Of a stretch of 64,000 bases of DNA, positions 1 to 11,368 are shown one piece after another. Origin of the DNA: a virus (Duplodnaviria; Heunggongvirae; Uroviricota; Caudoviricetes); the IMG/VR virus record IMGVR_UViG_3300032334_002267, positions 9,310-73,309 of that record; one strand, 5' to 3'. How positions within the stretch are numbered: the first letter of the stretch is position 1; the number at the start of each line of letters is the position of its first letter. Both the position numbers and the translations under genes were made by a program. The notes below the pieces were generated by a model. That model worked only from the letters and a program-made list of their open reading frames with translations. It ran no database searches and was not told where the DNA came from.

Positions 1-1
1 T

Positions 2-145
2 TTCGAAAGTAGAAAAGATGCTGCCAAATATTTCGGTACTACCACCGGATCTATAAATCAATACATTATTTCAGGAAGGACATATCGTAAAAAATACACC
101 TTTGAAAAAGGTAATGAAATTAAAAAAACAATATATAAAAATTAA
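2..145 (+). CDS. C-terminal end of a NUMOD1/IENR1-type DNA-binding domain, probably of a homing endonuclease (partial, 5' end outside window)
   Basis: Own translation: [36 protein letters not shown]...*, resembling NUMOD1 (F.S...AA..LG......I); stop TAA at 143-145, 2 nt before nrdB. Confidence 0.6.
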   Translation, partial: FESRKDAAKYFGTTTGSINQYIISGRTYRKKYTFEKGNEIKKTIYKN

Positions 146-147
146 AT

Positions 148-1131
148 ATGGAAGAATTATATCCTTTACCTGAGCACATTTTGCAAGAAAATCCTAACCG
201 ATTTGTTATTTTCCCGATAGAGCACAAAGATATCTGGGATATGTATAAAACACAAGAAGCATGTATCTGGACTGCTGAAGAAGTTGATCTAGCTCAGGAC
301 CTTAATGACTGGAGAAACAAGTTGAATGACGATGAGAGATATTTCATTAAAAATGTATTAGCATTCTTTGCTGCTTCTGATGGGATTGTTAACGAAAACC
401 TAGCTCAGAACTTCGTTTCAGAAGTGCAATACACAGAGGCTAAATTCTTTTACGGATTTCAAATTATGATGGAGAACATACATTCTGAAATGTATTCTCT
501 TCTAATAGACACTTACATTCAAGATCCGGAGGAAAAAGACAGGCTTTTCAGAGCTATCGAAACGATCGATGCTGTTAAGAAAAAAGCAGAGTGGGCTTTG
601 AAGTGGGTTTCTTCGCCACACTTCCAAGAGAGACTGGTTGCATTTGCTGCAGTGGAGGGAATTTTCTTCAGTGGATCTTTCTGCTCTATATTCTGGCTTA
701 AGAAAAGAGGTCTAATGCCAGGACTATCATTCTCAAACGAATTGATTTCAAGAGACGAAGGAATGCACACAGATTTTGCCGTGATGTTACATAACAACCA
801 TTTGGTAAATAAAGTACCAGAGCAAAGAATAAAAGAGATTATAACCAGCGCACTGGAGATTGAAAAAGAATTCATCACCGAATCTCTACCCGTTAGATTG
901 ATTGGTATGAATTCTGATCTCATGAAGCAATATTTGGAATTTGTTGCCGATAGACTCCTTCTTGATTTAGGATGTTCTAAGGTTTACAATTCGGACAATC
1001 CTTTTGAATTTATGGAAAATATTGCTCTACAGGGTAAAACAAACTTTTTTGAAAAAAGAGTTGGGGAGTACCAGAAAGCAGGAGTCAAAAATAAATCAGA
1101 AGATTCCTTCAGCTTCGAAGAAGATTTTTAA
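148..1131 (+). CDS. nrdB: Ribonucleotide reductase class Ia beta subunit
   Basis: [54 protein letters not shown] motifs. Confidence 0.98.
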   Translation: MEELYPLPEHILQENPNRFVIFPIEHKDIWDMYKTQEACIWTAEEVDLAQDLNDWRNKLNDDERYFIKNVLAFFAASDGIVNENLAQNFVSEVQYTEAKFFYGFQIMMENIHSEMYSLLIDTYIQDPEEKDRLFRAIETIDAVKKKAEWALKWVSSPHFQERLVAFAAVEGIFFSGSFCSIFWLKKRGLMPGLSFSNELISRDEGMHTDFAVMLHNNHLVNKVPEQRIKEIITSALEIEKEFITESLPVRLIGMNSDLMKQYLEFVADRLLLDLGCSKVYNSDNPFEFMENIALQGKTNFFEKRVGEYQKAGVKNKSEDSFSFEEDF

Positions 1132-1152
1132 AAAAAATTACCTAATATAAAA

Positions 1153-3636
1153 ATGCAAGTACTAAAGAGAGATGGTTCTAGAGAACCCGTGAAATTTGAA
1201 AAAATATCTAACAGAATCAGAAGAATGACATATGGTCTTAACTCAGACTATATAGACGCAATAGGAATAGCTCAAAAGGTTATTGCGGGAATATATGATG
1301 GTATTTCAACCGAAGAATTAGATAATCTAGCCGCAGAAACTGCTGCTACATTAATACCAAGGCATCCAGATTATTCAATCCTAGCTTCTAGAATTGCAGT
1401 GTCTAGACTTCATAAAACAACGAAGAAGAAATTCTCTGAGACCATTCAAGATCTTTATAATTACATCGATCCTGAAACTAATCAACCAGCAGGTTTGATA
1501 AACCAGGAAACTTATGATTCTGTTATGAAGAATAAACAGAAATTTGATGGAGCAATTATTCATGAAAGAGATTTTGACTTTGAATACTTTGGATTCAAAA
1601 CTCTAGAGAAGAGTTATCTTCTTAAAATGTACGGCAAGCCGTTCGAAAGTCCTCAGCACATGTATATGAGAGTTGCTGTTGGTATTTGGGGTGATGACGT
1701 AAAGAATGCGATTAAAACATACGAGTTGTTATCCACCCACGTGATGACACATGCTACTCCTACTTTGTTTAATGCAGGAACTAAAAAACCACAATTATCC
1801 TCTTGTTTCCTTTTAACAATGGCAGAGGATTCAATTTCAGGAATCTACAAAACACTTTCTGATGTTGCTGTGATTTCTCAAAATGCAGGAGGTATAGGTT
1901 TAGCTATTCATAACATTAGAAGCACTGGATCTTACATCAAGGGAACCAATGGATCTTCAAATGGAATCGTACCAATGCTTAAGGTGTTTAACGAAACTGC
2001 TAGATATGTTGATCAAGGAGGCGGAAAGAGAAAGGGATCTTTTGCAATCTATCTAGAACCTTGGCATGCAGACATCGAAGATTTTTTGGATCTTAGAAAG
2101 AATACAGGTAAGGAAGAGCTTAGAGCTAGAGATCTTTTCTTAGCTTTATGGACACCAGATCTTTTTATGAAAAGAGTTAAAGCGGATAAAGAATGGTCTT
2201 TATTTTCTCCCTCAGACGTACAAGGAATTTGGGAATTATACGGAGATGAATTTGAGAAGGCTTACGAAGCTGCAGAAGCTTCAGGTAAGGCTAGAAAGGT
2301 TATAAAAGCTAGAGATCTTTGGACTAGAATAATTGAATCTCAAGTTGAGACTGGAACTCCTTATATTCTATATAAAGATTCGGCCAATAAGAAATCAAAT
2401 CAGAAAAATCTAGGAACGATCAAGAGTTCTAATCTTTGTACAGAAATTCTTGAATACACCAGTAAAGACGAACAGGCAGTTTGTAACTTAGCATCCATTG
2501 CTGTTAACAAATTCCTGAAATCAACAGATGCTAGAACAGCAAAAATACACAGAGGAAGATGTGACGTAGATCATAAAGCATTATACGATGTTGCATATCA
2601 AACGACGATTAATTTAAACAAAGTTATTGACGTAAACTACTATCCAACTCCTGAGACTAAAAAGTCTAACATGAGACATAGACCAATAGGAATTGGTATT
2701 CAAGGACTAGCAGATCTTTTTGCTATTATGGGGATTCCTTTTACCTCTCCGGAAGCAAGAAAAGTAAACGAGGATGTTTTTGAAACAATTTACTTTGCTG
2801 CTATGACTGCCTCTTTAGATCTAGCTAAGAAGGATGGATCTTATGAAACTTTTAAAGGATCTCCTTTAAGCGAGGGCAAATTTCAATTCAATCTTTGGGG
2901 ATTTGAAGAAGGACAGCTTTCCGGTAGATGGGATTGGGAAAAATTAAGAAAAGAGGTAACAAAGAACGGAGTTAGAAACTCGCTTCTCTTAGCCCCAATG
3001 CCTACAGCTTCAACTGCACAGATCATGGGTAATAACGAAGCTTTTGAACCTTTCACCTCTAACATCTACACAAGAAGAACATTAAGCGGTGAATTTATCC
3101 TGATAAATAAACATCTTGTTAGAGACCTTATTGCTTTAGATCTTTGGAATGAGGATATGAAAAATTTAATCGTTCTCAATAAAGGCTCGGTTCTAAATAT
3201 TCCTCAGATACCTCAGGACATCAGAGACACCTATAAAACAGTTTGGGAAATCAAACAAAAGGATCTTATAGAGATGTCAGCAGATAGAGGCAAATTCATT
3301 TGTCAATCTCAATCTCTAAATCTTTTTATAGAGGGAGTAAATTCTGCTAAATTAACATCAGCTCATTTTTACTCTTGGGAGCTTGGTCTTAAAACAGGTA
3401 TGTATTATCTAAGAACTAAGGCTGCTGTTGATGCAATTGCAGGATTAGGGATAGATATGGAAAAGGCTAAAAAAGCTCTTAAAGCTAATGAAAAGAAATT
3501 GGAATCTGCTGAGATAAAAGTTGATCTTGGGGGTATGACAAGCGAGGAGCTAGCACAGACAGTCGATGAGATGTCCTCTGGAATTGTGTGCAGCTTAGAT
3601 TCCGGCCCTGATGGTTGTGTTTCCTGTGGTAGCTAA
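1153..3636 (+). CDS. nrdA: Ribonucleotide reductase class Ia alpha subunit with N-terminal ATP cone
   Basis: V.KRDG ATP cone, [40 protein letters not shown]-terminal CVSCGS. Confidence 0.98.
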   Translation: MQVLKRDGSREPVKFEKISNRIRRMTYGLNSDYIDAIGIAQKVIAGIYDGISTEELDNLAAETAATLIPRHPDYSILASRIAVSRLHKTTKKKFSETIQDLYNYIDPETNQPAGLINQETYDSVMKNKQKFDGAIIHERDFDFEYFGFKTLEKSYLLKMYGKPFESPQHMYMRVAVGIWGDDVKNAIKTYELLSTHVMTHATPTLFNAGTKKPQLSSCFLLTMAEDSISGIYKTLSDVAVISQNAGGIGLAIHNIRSTGSYIKGTNGSSNGIVPMLKVFNETARYVDQGGGKRKGSFAIYLEPWHADIEDFLDLRKNTGKEELRARDLFLALWTPDLFMKRVKADKEWSLFSPSDVQGIWELYGDEFEKAYEAAEASGKARKVIKARDLWTRIIESQVETGTPYILYKDSANKKSNQKNLGTIKSSNLCTEILEYTSKDEQAVCNLASIAVNKFLKSTDARTAKIHRGRCDVDHKALYDVAYQTTINLNKVIDVNYYPTPETKKSNMRHRPIGIGIQGLADLFAIMGIPFTSPEARKVNEDVFETIYFAAMTASLDLAKKDGSYETFKGSPLSEGKFQFNLWGFEEGQLSGRWDWEKLRKEVTKNGVRNSLLLAPMPTASTAQIMGNNEAFEPFTSNIYTRRTLSGEFILINKHLVRDLIALDLWNEDMKNLIVLNKGSVLNIPQIPQDIRDTYKTVWEIKQKDLIEMSADRGKFICQSQSLNLFIEGVNSAKLTSAHFYSWELGLKTGMYYLRTKAAVDAIAGLGIDMEKAKKALKANEKKLESAEIKVDLGGMTSEELAQTVDEMSSGIVCSLDSGPDGCVSCGS

Positions 3637-3652
3637 TTTTTAAAGTTCCGTG

Positions 3653-3660
3653 GATATATA
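3653..3660 (+). promoter_or_regulatory. GATATATA box (putative late promoter)
   Basis: 17 nt upstream of the 3678 start; recurs at 7316, 12716, 17914, 23500, 26898, 36931, 52187 (+) and 56151, 59052, 61778 (-). Confidence 0.6.
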
Positions 3661-3677
3661 AAATAAAAATTATATCC

Positions 3678-4721
3678 ATGGAACATTATGTTTATGTATA
3701 TTTTGATCCTATCATTAATTGTGATGATATTATGAAATTGGGTATTTTTAAGCAACCAATTTATATAGGTAAGGGTAAAGACGGTAGATTTGATCATCAT
3801 TGGAATCAAATAAGATCACATAGAAAGTTAACCAATCCTCTGTTTACTTCGAGGTTAGAATTAATTAGGGATTCAGGAAACGAGCCTATAATTTTAAAAA
3901 TTAGTGAAAATTTAACCGATGGTGAAGCTAAAATTCTTGAGAAGAAATTAATATCTGAAATAGGAAGGAAGATTCATAATAAAGGACCGCTCTTAAATAT
4001 ATCTGAAGGTGGAGATGGTGGCATCACTTGGGTTGGGGAAAATCCAAAAAAAGGAAAAAGTCTAGAAACTCTTTATGGCTATGTCGAATCGGAAAGACTT
4101 AAAAAAATACTCAGTGAATCTGCAAAAAGTAGAACAGGTGATAAAAATCCAATGTTTGGAAAGACCGGAGAAAATTCACCATTGTACGGATTTAAAAGTG
4201 ACGAATCTACTCGTAATAAAATAAGCACTTCTCTTAAAAAATTCTTTAATTCATGTGATCCTGAGTATATCAGTTTAATGGTTAATAAGATGAATCTAGC
4301 TAGAGAAAACGTAGATCCGGTAATAAAGGAAACTTGGTATGCAAAACAATCTGAGATTATGAAGAAGAAATACGAATCCGGTGAAATTTTTACAGAGTCT
4401 CATAGAATCAATCTTAGCAAAAATAATTACAGAAAAAATAATTCGGGCTCTTATGTTTTAAATCATTCAGAAGAAACAAAAAGGAAGATTTCAAAATCAC
4501 TAAAAAACGTAAAATTGTCAGAATCTCATAGAAATAATCTTAAGACCTTTGATATATCTTATGATGATTTAAAGAAACTTATTTCTGATGTCGGTCTTAA
4601 AAGTAAAATAGAATATAGAGAATATATAAAATCTAATAACATAAAAGCACCTATTAGTCCAGGAAAGAAAATATATGGTGAAAAATGGGAAGGCTGGAAA
4701 AAATTTCTAAATAAACGATGA
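3678..4721 (+). mobile_element. Free-standing GIY-YIG (LEM-3-like) homing endonuclease with NUMOD3 motifs and a C-terminal repeat-unit domain
   Basis: YVYVY...IYIGKGK..R, EA..LE..LI..IGR, PLLNISEGGDG; NUMOD3-like GDKNPMFGK and HSEETKRKISKSL; C-terminal YGEKWEGWKKFL. Confidence 0.85.
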
Positions 4722-5350
4722 AAGAAAGAATAAAAAATTTTATAGATTTCACTCTTAATGAAAGAGAACTTCCGGATAGCCAGGGTGAAATCCTGGTTAT
4801 TCTTGGAGCTCCAGGTTCAGGTAAAGGAACTCTTTCTAAGGAGTTAAAGAAGGATTATGAATTTGTACACATCTCCACAGGAGACGTTATTAGAAATTCT
4901 GAAGATCCTGAATTAAAGAAAATCATAGACGGTGGTAATCTAGTGCCTGATGAAATGATGATCAAGATTCTAAGAAAAGAACTTAAAAAATTAAATCCCG
5001 AAGATAATGTTATTTTAGACGGATTTCCAAGAACAATTAAACAAGCTAGAAAGCTAGACTCAATGCTTGGTAAAATGGGATTAGGATTAAATCACGCACT
5101 ATACCTATCTCTTCCTGATGATATAGCTAAAGAAAGAATAAGAGGAAGAGCTAAAAAAGAAGGCAGAAAAGACGATGCCAGCGAAGATATTATCGAAAAT
5201 CGTTTTAAAGAGTATAAAGAAAAAACATTTCCTCTTGTTGACTTCTATAAGAAAAGCAGAAAGCTAATCACAGTTAATGCAGAAGACGGTAAAGATGATG
5301 TGCTGGGTCAGGTAGTTAAAAAATTTGATTTAAAAAAGAAATCTAAATAA
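4718..5350 (+). CDS. adk: Adenylate kinase (short-LID type) with N-terminal leader
   Basis: GAPGSGKGT P-loop, HISTGD, LDGFPRT, GRKDD; ATGA overlap with the upstream stop. Confidence 0.93.
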   Translation: MKERIKNFIDFTLNERELPDSQGEILVILGAPGSGKGTLSKELKKDYEFVHISTGDVIRNSEDPELKKIIDGGNLVPDEMMIKILRKELKKLNPEDNVILDGFPRTIKQARKLDSMLGKMGLGLNHALYLSLPDDIAKERIRGRAKKEGRKDDASEDIIENRFKEYKEKTFPLVDFYKKSRKLITVNAEDGKDDVLGQVVKKFDLKKKSK

Positions 5351-5357
5351 TCTGTTC

Positions 5358-6038
5358 ATGAGCGGTGCTTCTGAGATTTTTGTGAAGGGACTCAAAAACA
5401 AACTAATAGATGAAAAAATCCAGGACGAGTTTAAAAGAAACTTGCTTCAGGATGCCTTAGAGTATATCTTAGAGATTTTTAAAAAATCTGATAACATAGA
5501 GGTAAGAACTATAAGAGATTTTGAGACCAAGGATGTTTGTCTTTTCCTGGACCTTCATTCAAAGATTCCCATAGAGGATTCTTTTTCAGAGTGTTTTTCC
5601 CAGCATAATATAGAACACAAAAAAATCCACCTTGATGATTATAAGTGGGTATTCCAAATAGATCTGGAGGATAAAATAATATCTTCAGGAAATCCACATA
5701 ATCTTTTCTTTGTAGAGATTCATTCCAAAAGGGGAAATTCACAGAAAGTGAAGTTCTCAATCTTCAACAAAGATTTTAATTTTTCAATTTTCGATAAGGC
5801 TTATAACCATTGCAAATTTTGGGTTTTCTCAGATAAGAATTTCGAAAAGTATGAACTCTCTCTGAGATCAATAGATAGGGGTAAGAGAAAACAGAAGTTA
5901 GACACCCCAGATAATAAGTACACCGCATCTTTCCACCTTAATGATTTAGGAGAAATAAATTTAATAGAAATATCCAAGAAAAGAGGAGGAAAATCTAAAT
6001 TCAATACTATAACAGATAAAATTAGAACTAATGTCTAA
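5358..6038 (+). CDS. Hypothetical protein
   Basis: 226-aa ORF tightly packed in the operon; no motif recognised. Confidence 0.75.
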   Translation: MSGASEIFVKGLKNKLIDEKIQDEFKRNLLQDALEYILEIFKKSDNIEVRTIRDFETKDVCLFLDLHSKIPIEDSFSECFSQHNIEHKKIHLDDYKWVFQIDLEDKIISSGNPHNLFFVEIHSKRGNSQKVKFSIFNKDFNFSIFDKAYNHCKFWVFSDKNFEKYELSLRSIDRGKRKQKLDTPDNKYTASFHLNDLGEINLIEISKKRGGKSKFNTITDKIRTNV

Positions 6039-7308
6039 AAACAAAAAGAGCAAAAAGAAATCCATACCGATGCCTGTAAAAAAGGTTTCACAAGGTCAGG
6101 TTCCTGTGGGAGTTCCTGTTGCAAATCCTGCAAACAACAAGCAAATAATTAGTCTTTGTTTGGTTATGATCGTTAAGGATGAAGAAGATACGATCGCTAA
6201 ATGTTTAAAAGCTGTTGCCCCGTACATTTCACATTGGGTTATAGTTGATACTGGTTCTAAGGATAAAACCATAGATGTTATCAACCAGACGATGGCTGAA
6301 CTAAATATACCAGGTGAACTTCACGAAAGACCTTGGGTTAACTTTGAGGTTAACAGAACTGAAAGCCTTGAACTAGCTAAAGGTAAATGTGATTATAGAT
6401 GGATCATAGACGCGGATGATACTTTCTATCCTGCTAATCCAAATATTAATCCTTTTGCTGGGCTCGATGATAAACCAGACGGATACCAGATCATGTACAG
6501 ATTAAGTTCTTTACAATATCATAGAGTACAATTAGTTAAATCAACTCAGGATTGGAAGTATAAGGGAGTTCTTCATGAGTATCTCACCTTAGATAAACCT
6601 GAAATTTTACAAGGTACAGTTCCAAACTGTTATGTCATTGCAGACATCTCTCCACTTAAAAGAGCTTCAAGTCTAGAGGAGAAATACGCAAATGACGCTA
6701 AGATTCTTGAGGATGCTTTGGTTAACGAACCGGATAACACAAGATACATGTTCTACCTAGCACAGAGTTATAGAGATTCTAGCCAATTCGAGAAAGCTTT
6801 GGAGGCTTACGAGAAAAGAGCTAGTATGGGACAATGGGAGGAAGAGGTTTATTATTCCATGTACATGGTGGCTAAAATTAAAGAGAGACTAGGAAAAGGT
6901 CCAGAAGAGGTTGGTGATCTTTATTGCAAGGCTTGGGAATATAGACCTGCTCGATTAGAGTGCGCATTCCACGCTATGAGAAAACTTAGAGAACAAAAAA
7001 GAAATCTATTGGCTTTCGCTATCGGCGATGTTGCAATAAAAACAAGAGGAACCACAGACATTCTTTTCGTTGAACCTGAAATCTGGCAATGGAGATTGCT
7101 GGACGAGTATTCTTTGGCTGCTTTTTATATAGGAAACCCTGAAATAGCCCTAGAGAAAACCCAAGCAATAGTTCAGGCCCCATTCTTTAAGGACATAGCT
7201 CAACCTGAAAAAGATCGCTTGCTTAAAAACCTTGATTTCTATCAAAAAGGAGCGGATCAGAAATCTAGACAGATTAAACAGGCCCAATCGGCTCCGCAGT
7301 CTAAGTAA
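6031..7308 (+). CDS. Family 2 glycosyltransferase with TPR repeats
   Basis: LCLVMIVKDEE, VDTGSKD, IIDADD (DxD), VLHEY, followed by TPR-like RYMFYLAQSY and EEVYYSMY. Confidence 0.9.
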   Translation: MSKNKKSKKKSIPMPVKKVSQGQVPVGVPVANPANNKQIISLCLVMIVKDEEDTIAKCLKAVAPYISHWVIVDTGSKDKTIDVINQTMAELNIPGELHERPWVNFEVNRTESLELAKGKCDYRWIIDADDTFYPANPNINPFAGLDDKPDGYQIMYRLSSLQYHRVQLVKSTQDWKYKGVLHEYLTLDKPEILQGTVPNCYVIADISPLKRASSLEEKYANDAKILEDALVNEPDNTRYMFYLAQSYRDSSQFEKALEAYEKRASMGQWEEEVYYSMYMVAKIKERLGKGPEEVGDLYCKAWEYRPARLECAFHAMRKLREQKRNLLAFAIGDVAIKTRGTTDILFVEPEIWQWRLLDEYSLAAFYIGNPEIALEKTQAIVQAPFFKDIAQPEKDRLLKNLDFYQKGADQKSRQIKQAQSAPQSK

Positions 7309-7344
7309 AAAATCTGATATATACTAATAAAATAGAAATATTAG

Positions 7345-7887
7345 ATGAAGCATTTATTTGAATTTGATTCTTTTGGGACAGAAAACATCAAAGAATCATC
7401 AATCCCAGTCTACAATGACGCTCTTTTCAATAAAGATCCAAAGGCCGCTAAGGTAGACAGTATCCAAACGGTCGATGTTCCTGCGATGGTAAGAGAGCTA
7501 TTAGACAAGGTTAAAGCGGGAGAACTTGAAAAAGTAACTGTTGTTGCCGATATACCTATGCAGGGAAAAAATGCTCCAGAGTATGTTAAGGAACTTGTAG
7601 ACGAGGAAAGAAAAAGAATAGCAAAAAGAAAATACGCAATCTACGGTAGCAGAATAGAAGCTCAGGATAGACCAGAAGAGGAAAGACATAAAGGTGAGGT
7701 TAATATTTTCATAGACTCTGAGCACTTAGCAACAGGGGTAGAAAATATAAATGGACAAGAATACATTTTAGGAGTCCCTAACAGCTTCATAAGGAAAGTT
7801 GAAGCAAATCCAGAACTAGCAGGGAAATACACTGTTAAAATCAGTCCTAAGCAAGTTTTAGAACTGTCCTTTGATCCCGCAAAATAA
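7345..7887 (+). CDS. Hypothetical protein with capsid-targeting-like leader (possible virion/internal protein)
   Basis: Starts MKHLFEFDSF; GATATATA box at 7316; terminator follows. Confidence 0.75.
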   Translation: MKHLFEFDSFGTENIKESSIPVYNDALFNKDPKAAKVDSIQTVDVPAMVRELLDKVKAGELEKVTVVADIPMQGKNAPEYVKELVDEERKRIAKRKYAIYGSRIEAQDRPEEERHKGEVNIFIDSEHLATGVENINGQEYILGVPNSFIRKVEANPELAGKYTVKISPKQVLELSFDPAK

Positions 7888-7907
7888 TTCAACCCAATCC
7901 AAACATC

Positions 7908-7937
7908 AGCCCCAATAATAAATATTGGGGCTTTTTA
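7908..7937 (+). terminator. Intrinsic terminator
   Basis: AGCCCCAATA-ATAAA-TATTGGGGCT then T-run. Confidence 0.85.
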
Positions 7938-7940
7938 TTG

Positions 7941-7968
7941 GAATCTTCTTTAGATCCCGACGTATAAC
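7941..7968 (+). promoter_or_regulatory. Putative phage promoter GAAWCYT-N15-TATAA
   Basis: GAATCTT-15 nt-TATAAC upstream of the topoisomerase gene; motif recurs in at least 6 intergenic sites. Confidence 0.55.
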
Positions 7969-8002
7969 ATTTAACCTAATTGGTAAATAAAAAAGTAGAA
8001 AG

Positions 8003-9784
8003 ATGAATAAAGTTAACAAAACAATTGAAGTATTAACTGATTTTGAGCACATAATTAAAAGACCCACTATTTACGTTGGGAGCGTTAAGAGAACTGAAGA
8101 GGTTCTTCCCGTTGTTGAAAATGGAATTATAAAAAGTGTTTCTAAGGAGCACTCAGTAGGTATGTACAAACTATTTGATGAGGTTTTTTCTAATTCAGTG
8201 GACGAAGCAAAGAGAATGTCCGCTCCAATGAAAAAAATCACAGTAGAGGTAAGCACTAAAGATAATAGTGTAGCCATAACAGATACTGGAGATGGATTTA
8301 CAAACGGATCTGCTATTAATAAAAAGAGTGGACTCAGTAATATTGAAACAGCAGTTTCCATGCTAAGAGCGGGGTCTAACTTCGATAATGACAACATCTC
8401 GGAAACACTAGTTGGTACAAACGGTATGGGGGTGAGTCTAGTAAATGCACTTTCAGATCTTTTTGAGATTGAGACTGCAAACGAGAGTGAGGTTTATCAG
8501 CAATCTTGGGAATCGTTTAAAGCAACCACAGCAAAAGTTTCTAAGAGAGCAAAATCAAAAGCAAAAGGAACCACAGTAAGCTTTATTCCCAATGGTAATG
8601 TCTTCGATAATACAAAATGGGATTATAGAACAATCAAGTCTTATCTTTGCCTAAAGAAAAGAGTGCTTGAGACAGAGACTAAAACAGCAAGTCTTAAAAT
8701 AGATTTTATTTGGGATGGTAAGAATGAATCGATAACAAATTCTCTAAATCCTGAATGGACTGCTAAAACACCAATAGGAGAAATTTTGATCTGGGAGAAA
8801 CAATCGGAATCCGGATCTTTCTCTTTTGTAAACAGTGCTCTATGTACAGGTATACACCAGAAGATAGTTTTGGATAGAATAAATGCACAGCTGGAGGATT
8901 CGTTAGGACACCATTTCTATGACATGCTTCTTATTCTGAATCTTTCTCCTGGTATAGTTAGATTTGGAGATCAGAATAAAACCAAATTTGTTTCAAAAAG
9001 AGAAGAAGTTGAACCCACAATAGCTAAGCATTTTGATCAAGTTCTTGCTAAATTTTTTAAAAGCGAAACTTTTAAGAGCATCAAGAAACTAGTGGATGCT
9101 AGAAAGAAGGAAGTCGAGTTAAAGAAAATCAGAAGAGATAAAAAATCTATTAGAGTAAAGCACTCAAATAAATATTTCCCTCCCGCAACAGCCCGTGCAG
9201 AAAATCTATTTATAGTGGAAGGACTTAGTGCGATGGGATCTATATTACAGAAGAGAGATCCTAGAAAAGATGGAGTTTATGCTCTCAAGGGTAAGATTAA
9301 AAATGCTAGGAGTCTCTCAGATCTTTCGCAGAATAGAGAGATCTTAGAGCTTATGCAGATACTGAATTTAGATCCGGAGGAACACCATCTTCAGTGTCCA
9401 TTTGAAAGAGTGGTTATCTCAACAGATCAGGATCCCGATGGGGCTCACATTACTTCTCTTTTAATAAACCTTTTCTATTCTTGGTTCCCGTGGATGATTA
9501 AGCAGGGGAGAATCCAGATATTAGAAACCCCGCTTGTTAGCGTTGGAGATAAGTCAAAGAAATACTACTATTCTCTAGATGAGTTTAAAAGAGTTTCTAG
9601 TAAATCAGAAAGAAGTAACGTAAGGTACTTAAAGGGACTAGGTTCATTGTCATTGGATGACTGGGATCACGTTATGAAAAACAAGAGAATTATATCCCTG
9701 GTAGAAGACAAGAAAACTAAATACCACCTGGACATGGCTTTTGGTAAATCCTCAAGTGAAAGAAAAAAGTGGCTTAGCTCTTAA
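8003..9784 (+). CDS. Type IIA DNA topoisomerase, ATPase/TOPRIM subunit (GyrB/ParE, T4 gp39+gp60-like)
   Basis: EHII.RP..YVGS, DEVFSNSVDE, GTNGMG, VEGLSA, LKGKI.N, DQDPDG. Confidence 0.95.
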   Translation: MNKVNKTIEVLTDFEHIIKRPTIYVGSVKRTEEVLPVVENGIIKSVSKEHSVGMYKLFDEVFSNSVDEAKRMSAPMKKITVEVSTKDNSVAITDTGDGFTNGSAINKKSGLSNIETAVSMLRAGSNFDNDNISETLVGTNGMGVSLVNALSDLFEIETANESEVYQQSWESFKATTAKVSKRAKSKAKGTTVSFIPNGNVFDNTKWDYRTIKSYLCLKKRVLETETKTASLKIDFIWDGKNESITNSLNPEWTAKTPIGEILIWEKQSESGSFSFVNSALCTGIHQKIVLDRINAQLEDSLGHHFYDMLLILNLSPGIVRFGDQNKTKFVSKREEVEPTIAKHFDQVLAKFFKSETFKSIKKLVDARKKEVELKKIRRDKKSIRVKHSNKYFPPATARAENLFIVEGLSAMGSILQKRDPRKDGVYALKGKIKNARSLSDLSQNREILELMQILNLDPEEHHLQCPFERVVISTDQDPDGAHITSLLINLFYSWFPWMIKQGRIQILETPLVSVGDKSKKYYYSLDEFKRVSSKSERSNVRYLKGLGSLSLDDWDHVMKNKRIISLVEDKKTKYHLDMAFGKSSSERKKWLSS

Positions 9785-9825
9785 AATTATTTTTTTAATT
9801 CGAAATTATTTCTTAATTTTACCTC

Positions 9826-10740
9826 ATGGAAAGAAGATATGGTTACTGCTGCATAAATCTCAGCTTAGCAAAGGATAAAATATCCACCAATAGGGGTATG
9901 GTTAAGAAGACATTTCTAGAGAGGGGTTTACCCTACGCCTCGGAACTTGCACTTCAGAACGTAAAGGATCTCTATAAAATAATTCAATGGAATTATGAAA
10001 ACGGAATTCGAATGTATCGTATGTCAAGTGACATTTTTCCTTGGTGCTCGGAGTATGAAATATCAGATCTCCCAGACTACGCTGAGATTAGTAAAATCCT
10101 ATTAGAATGCGGAAATCTTGCCAAAGAGAAAGATCAAAGAATAACTTTTCACCCTTCACCTTATGGGGTTCTAGCTTCTGAAAATCCGGATGTTGTAAAA
10201 AAAGCAATAAAAGAACTCAATCAACATGGTGAGATTTTTGACATGATGGGATTGGATAAGAATCACTTTTATCCAATTAACATTCACGTCAACACAACCA
10301 AGCCATCGAAAGAGGAAGCAGCTGCTAGATTCTGTAAGAATTTTCACGCCCTATCAGAATCCACTAAATCTAGATTAGTCGTTGAAGTGGACGATAAGAA
10401 ATCTCAATATAATGCTATCGATCTTTTCTACATGGTTCATAAGGTCATTGGTATACCAGTAACTTTTGATTATTTACACAATAAATGCAATCCGTCAAAT
10501 TACAACGAAGAGGAAGCACTTAGCTTCTGTCTCACTACATGGCCTGATGACATTCCCGCAATCACTCACTATTCAGATTCTAAGAAAATCTATGAGGATA
10601 ACTCAGCAAAAGAGGTTGCACACACTGATTGGGTATGGGGAAATGTGGAAACATACGGTCTGAACTTCGATATAGAATTTGAAGTGAAGATGAAGGATCT
10701 AGCCCTTCTAAAATATATAAAATCTAAAACATTTGTTTAA
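9826..10740 (+). CDS. uvsE: UV-damage endonuclease
   Basis: RYGYCCIN, RMYRMSSDIFPW, RITFHP, PVTFDYLH, HYSDS. Confidence 0.93.
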   Translation: MERRYGYCCINLSLAKDKISTNRGMVKKTFLERGLPYASELALQNVKDLYKIIQWNYENGIRMYRMSSDIFPWCSEYEISDLPDYAEISKILLECGNLAKEKDQRITFHPSPYGVLASENPDVVKKAIKELNQHGEIFDMMGLDKNHFYPINIHVNTTKPSKEEAAARFCKNFHALSESTKSRLVVEVDDKKSQYNAIDLFYMVHKVIGIPVTFDYLHNKCNPSNYNEEEALSFCLTTWPDDIPAITHYSDSKKIYEDNSAKEVAHTDWVWGNVETYGLNFDIEFEVKMKDLALLKYIKSKTFV

Positions 10741-11002
10741 AATGGAAGAAAATCTATCTGAAGAACAAAACAATCAAATCGAGGAATTTGAAAAGAATAT
10801 ACTAGATCCCGATAAAACTGGTGGGATTAAATACTCTATAGATAGGGATATAGAGGCATCCGTTAAATATGATTTTCTAAAAGAGATTTACGGAACTACT
10901 CAAGTGGAGCTTGCACTACACGAAGAAGGTAAATCCCTTTTGGATCTTTCCGATTTGGATACTTTCAAAAAGATATCAGAAATACTTGGCCGAGGTATAT
11001 AA
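10733..11002 (+). CDS. Hypothetical acidic protein
   Basis: 89-aa ORF in operon. Confidence 0.65.
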   Translation: MFKMEENLSEEQNNQIEEFEKNILDPDKTGGIKYSIDRDIEASVKYDFLKEIYGTTQVELALHEEGKSLLDLSDLDTFKKISEILGRGI

Positions 11003-11005
11003 TAT

Positions 11006-11359
11006 ATGGGACAGGATAACAAACACTTCTTTCTATCATTCAATTCTCAAGGCGAGGATCATCCCCAGATGGAGATACTTAAAATTCATATAGAGCGAGC
11101 TGTTCAGGATTTATTCCTAGATTCACTGAGAACACAAGCTCCTGAGCTACTGTATGTTTTTTCGAGCGAGGATCAGATAGACGGATTTGTTAAGAAGGTT
11201 CTTACCTACTGGGAAGAGCTTGAAAACTACGAGGTCTGTCAGGAAGTAGTTAGCCTTGCAAAAGGGTTTAAAGAGAAATGGAGAAACAGAGATTTGGACG
11301 AATCCTCCGTTGGTCTATTAAGAATTAAAGATTTGTTCAAATCGTCGCCACAGGGCTAA
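11006..11359 (+). CDS. Hypothetical protein with UVR-like E.YE.C motif
   Basis: YWEELENYEVCQEV; the motif is shared with ORFs at 27348 and 27517. Confidence 0.7.
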   Translation: MGQDNKHFFLSFNSQGEDHPQMEILKIHIERAVQDLFLDSLRTQAPELLYVFSSEDQIDGFVKKVLTYWEELENYEVCQEVVSLAKGFKEKWRNRDLDESSVGLLRIKDLFKSSPQG

Positions 11360-11368
11360 ATTTATTAA

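Noticed and set aside
148-3636. Eukaryotic giant virus (NCLDV) origin suggested by eukaryote-like RNR and GT2-TPR
   Set aside because: The tmRNA, GH19 endolysin, NlpC/P60, bacterial terminators and promoter boxes indicate a bacteriophage.
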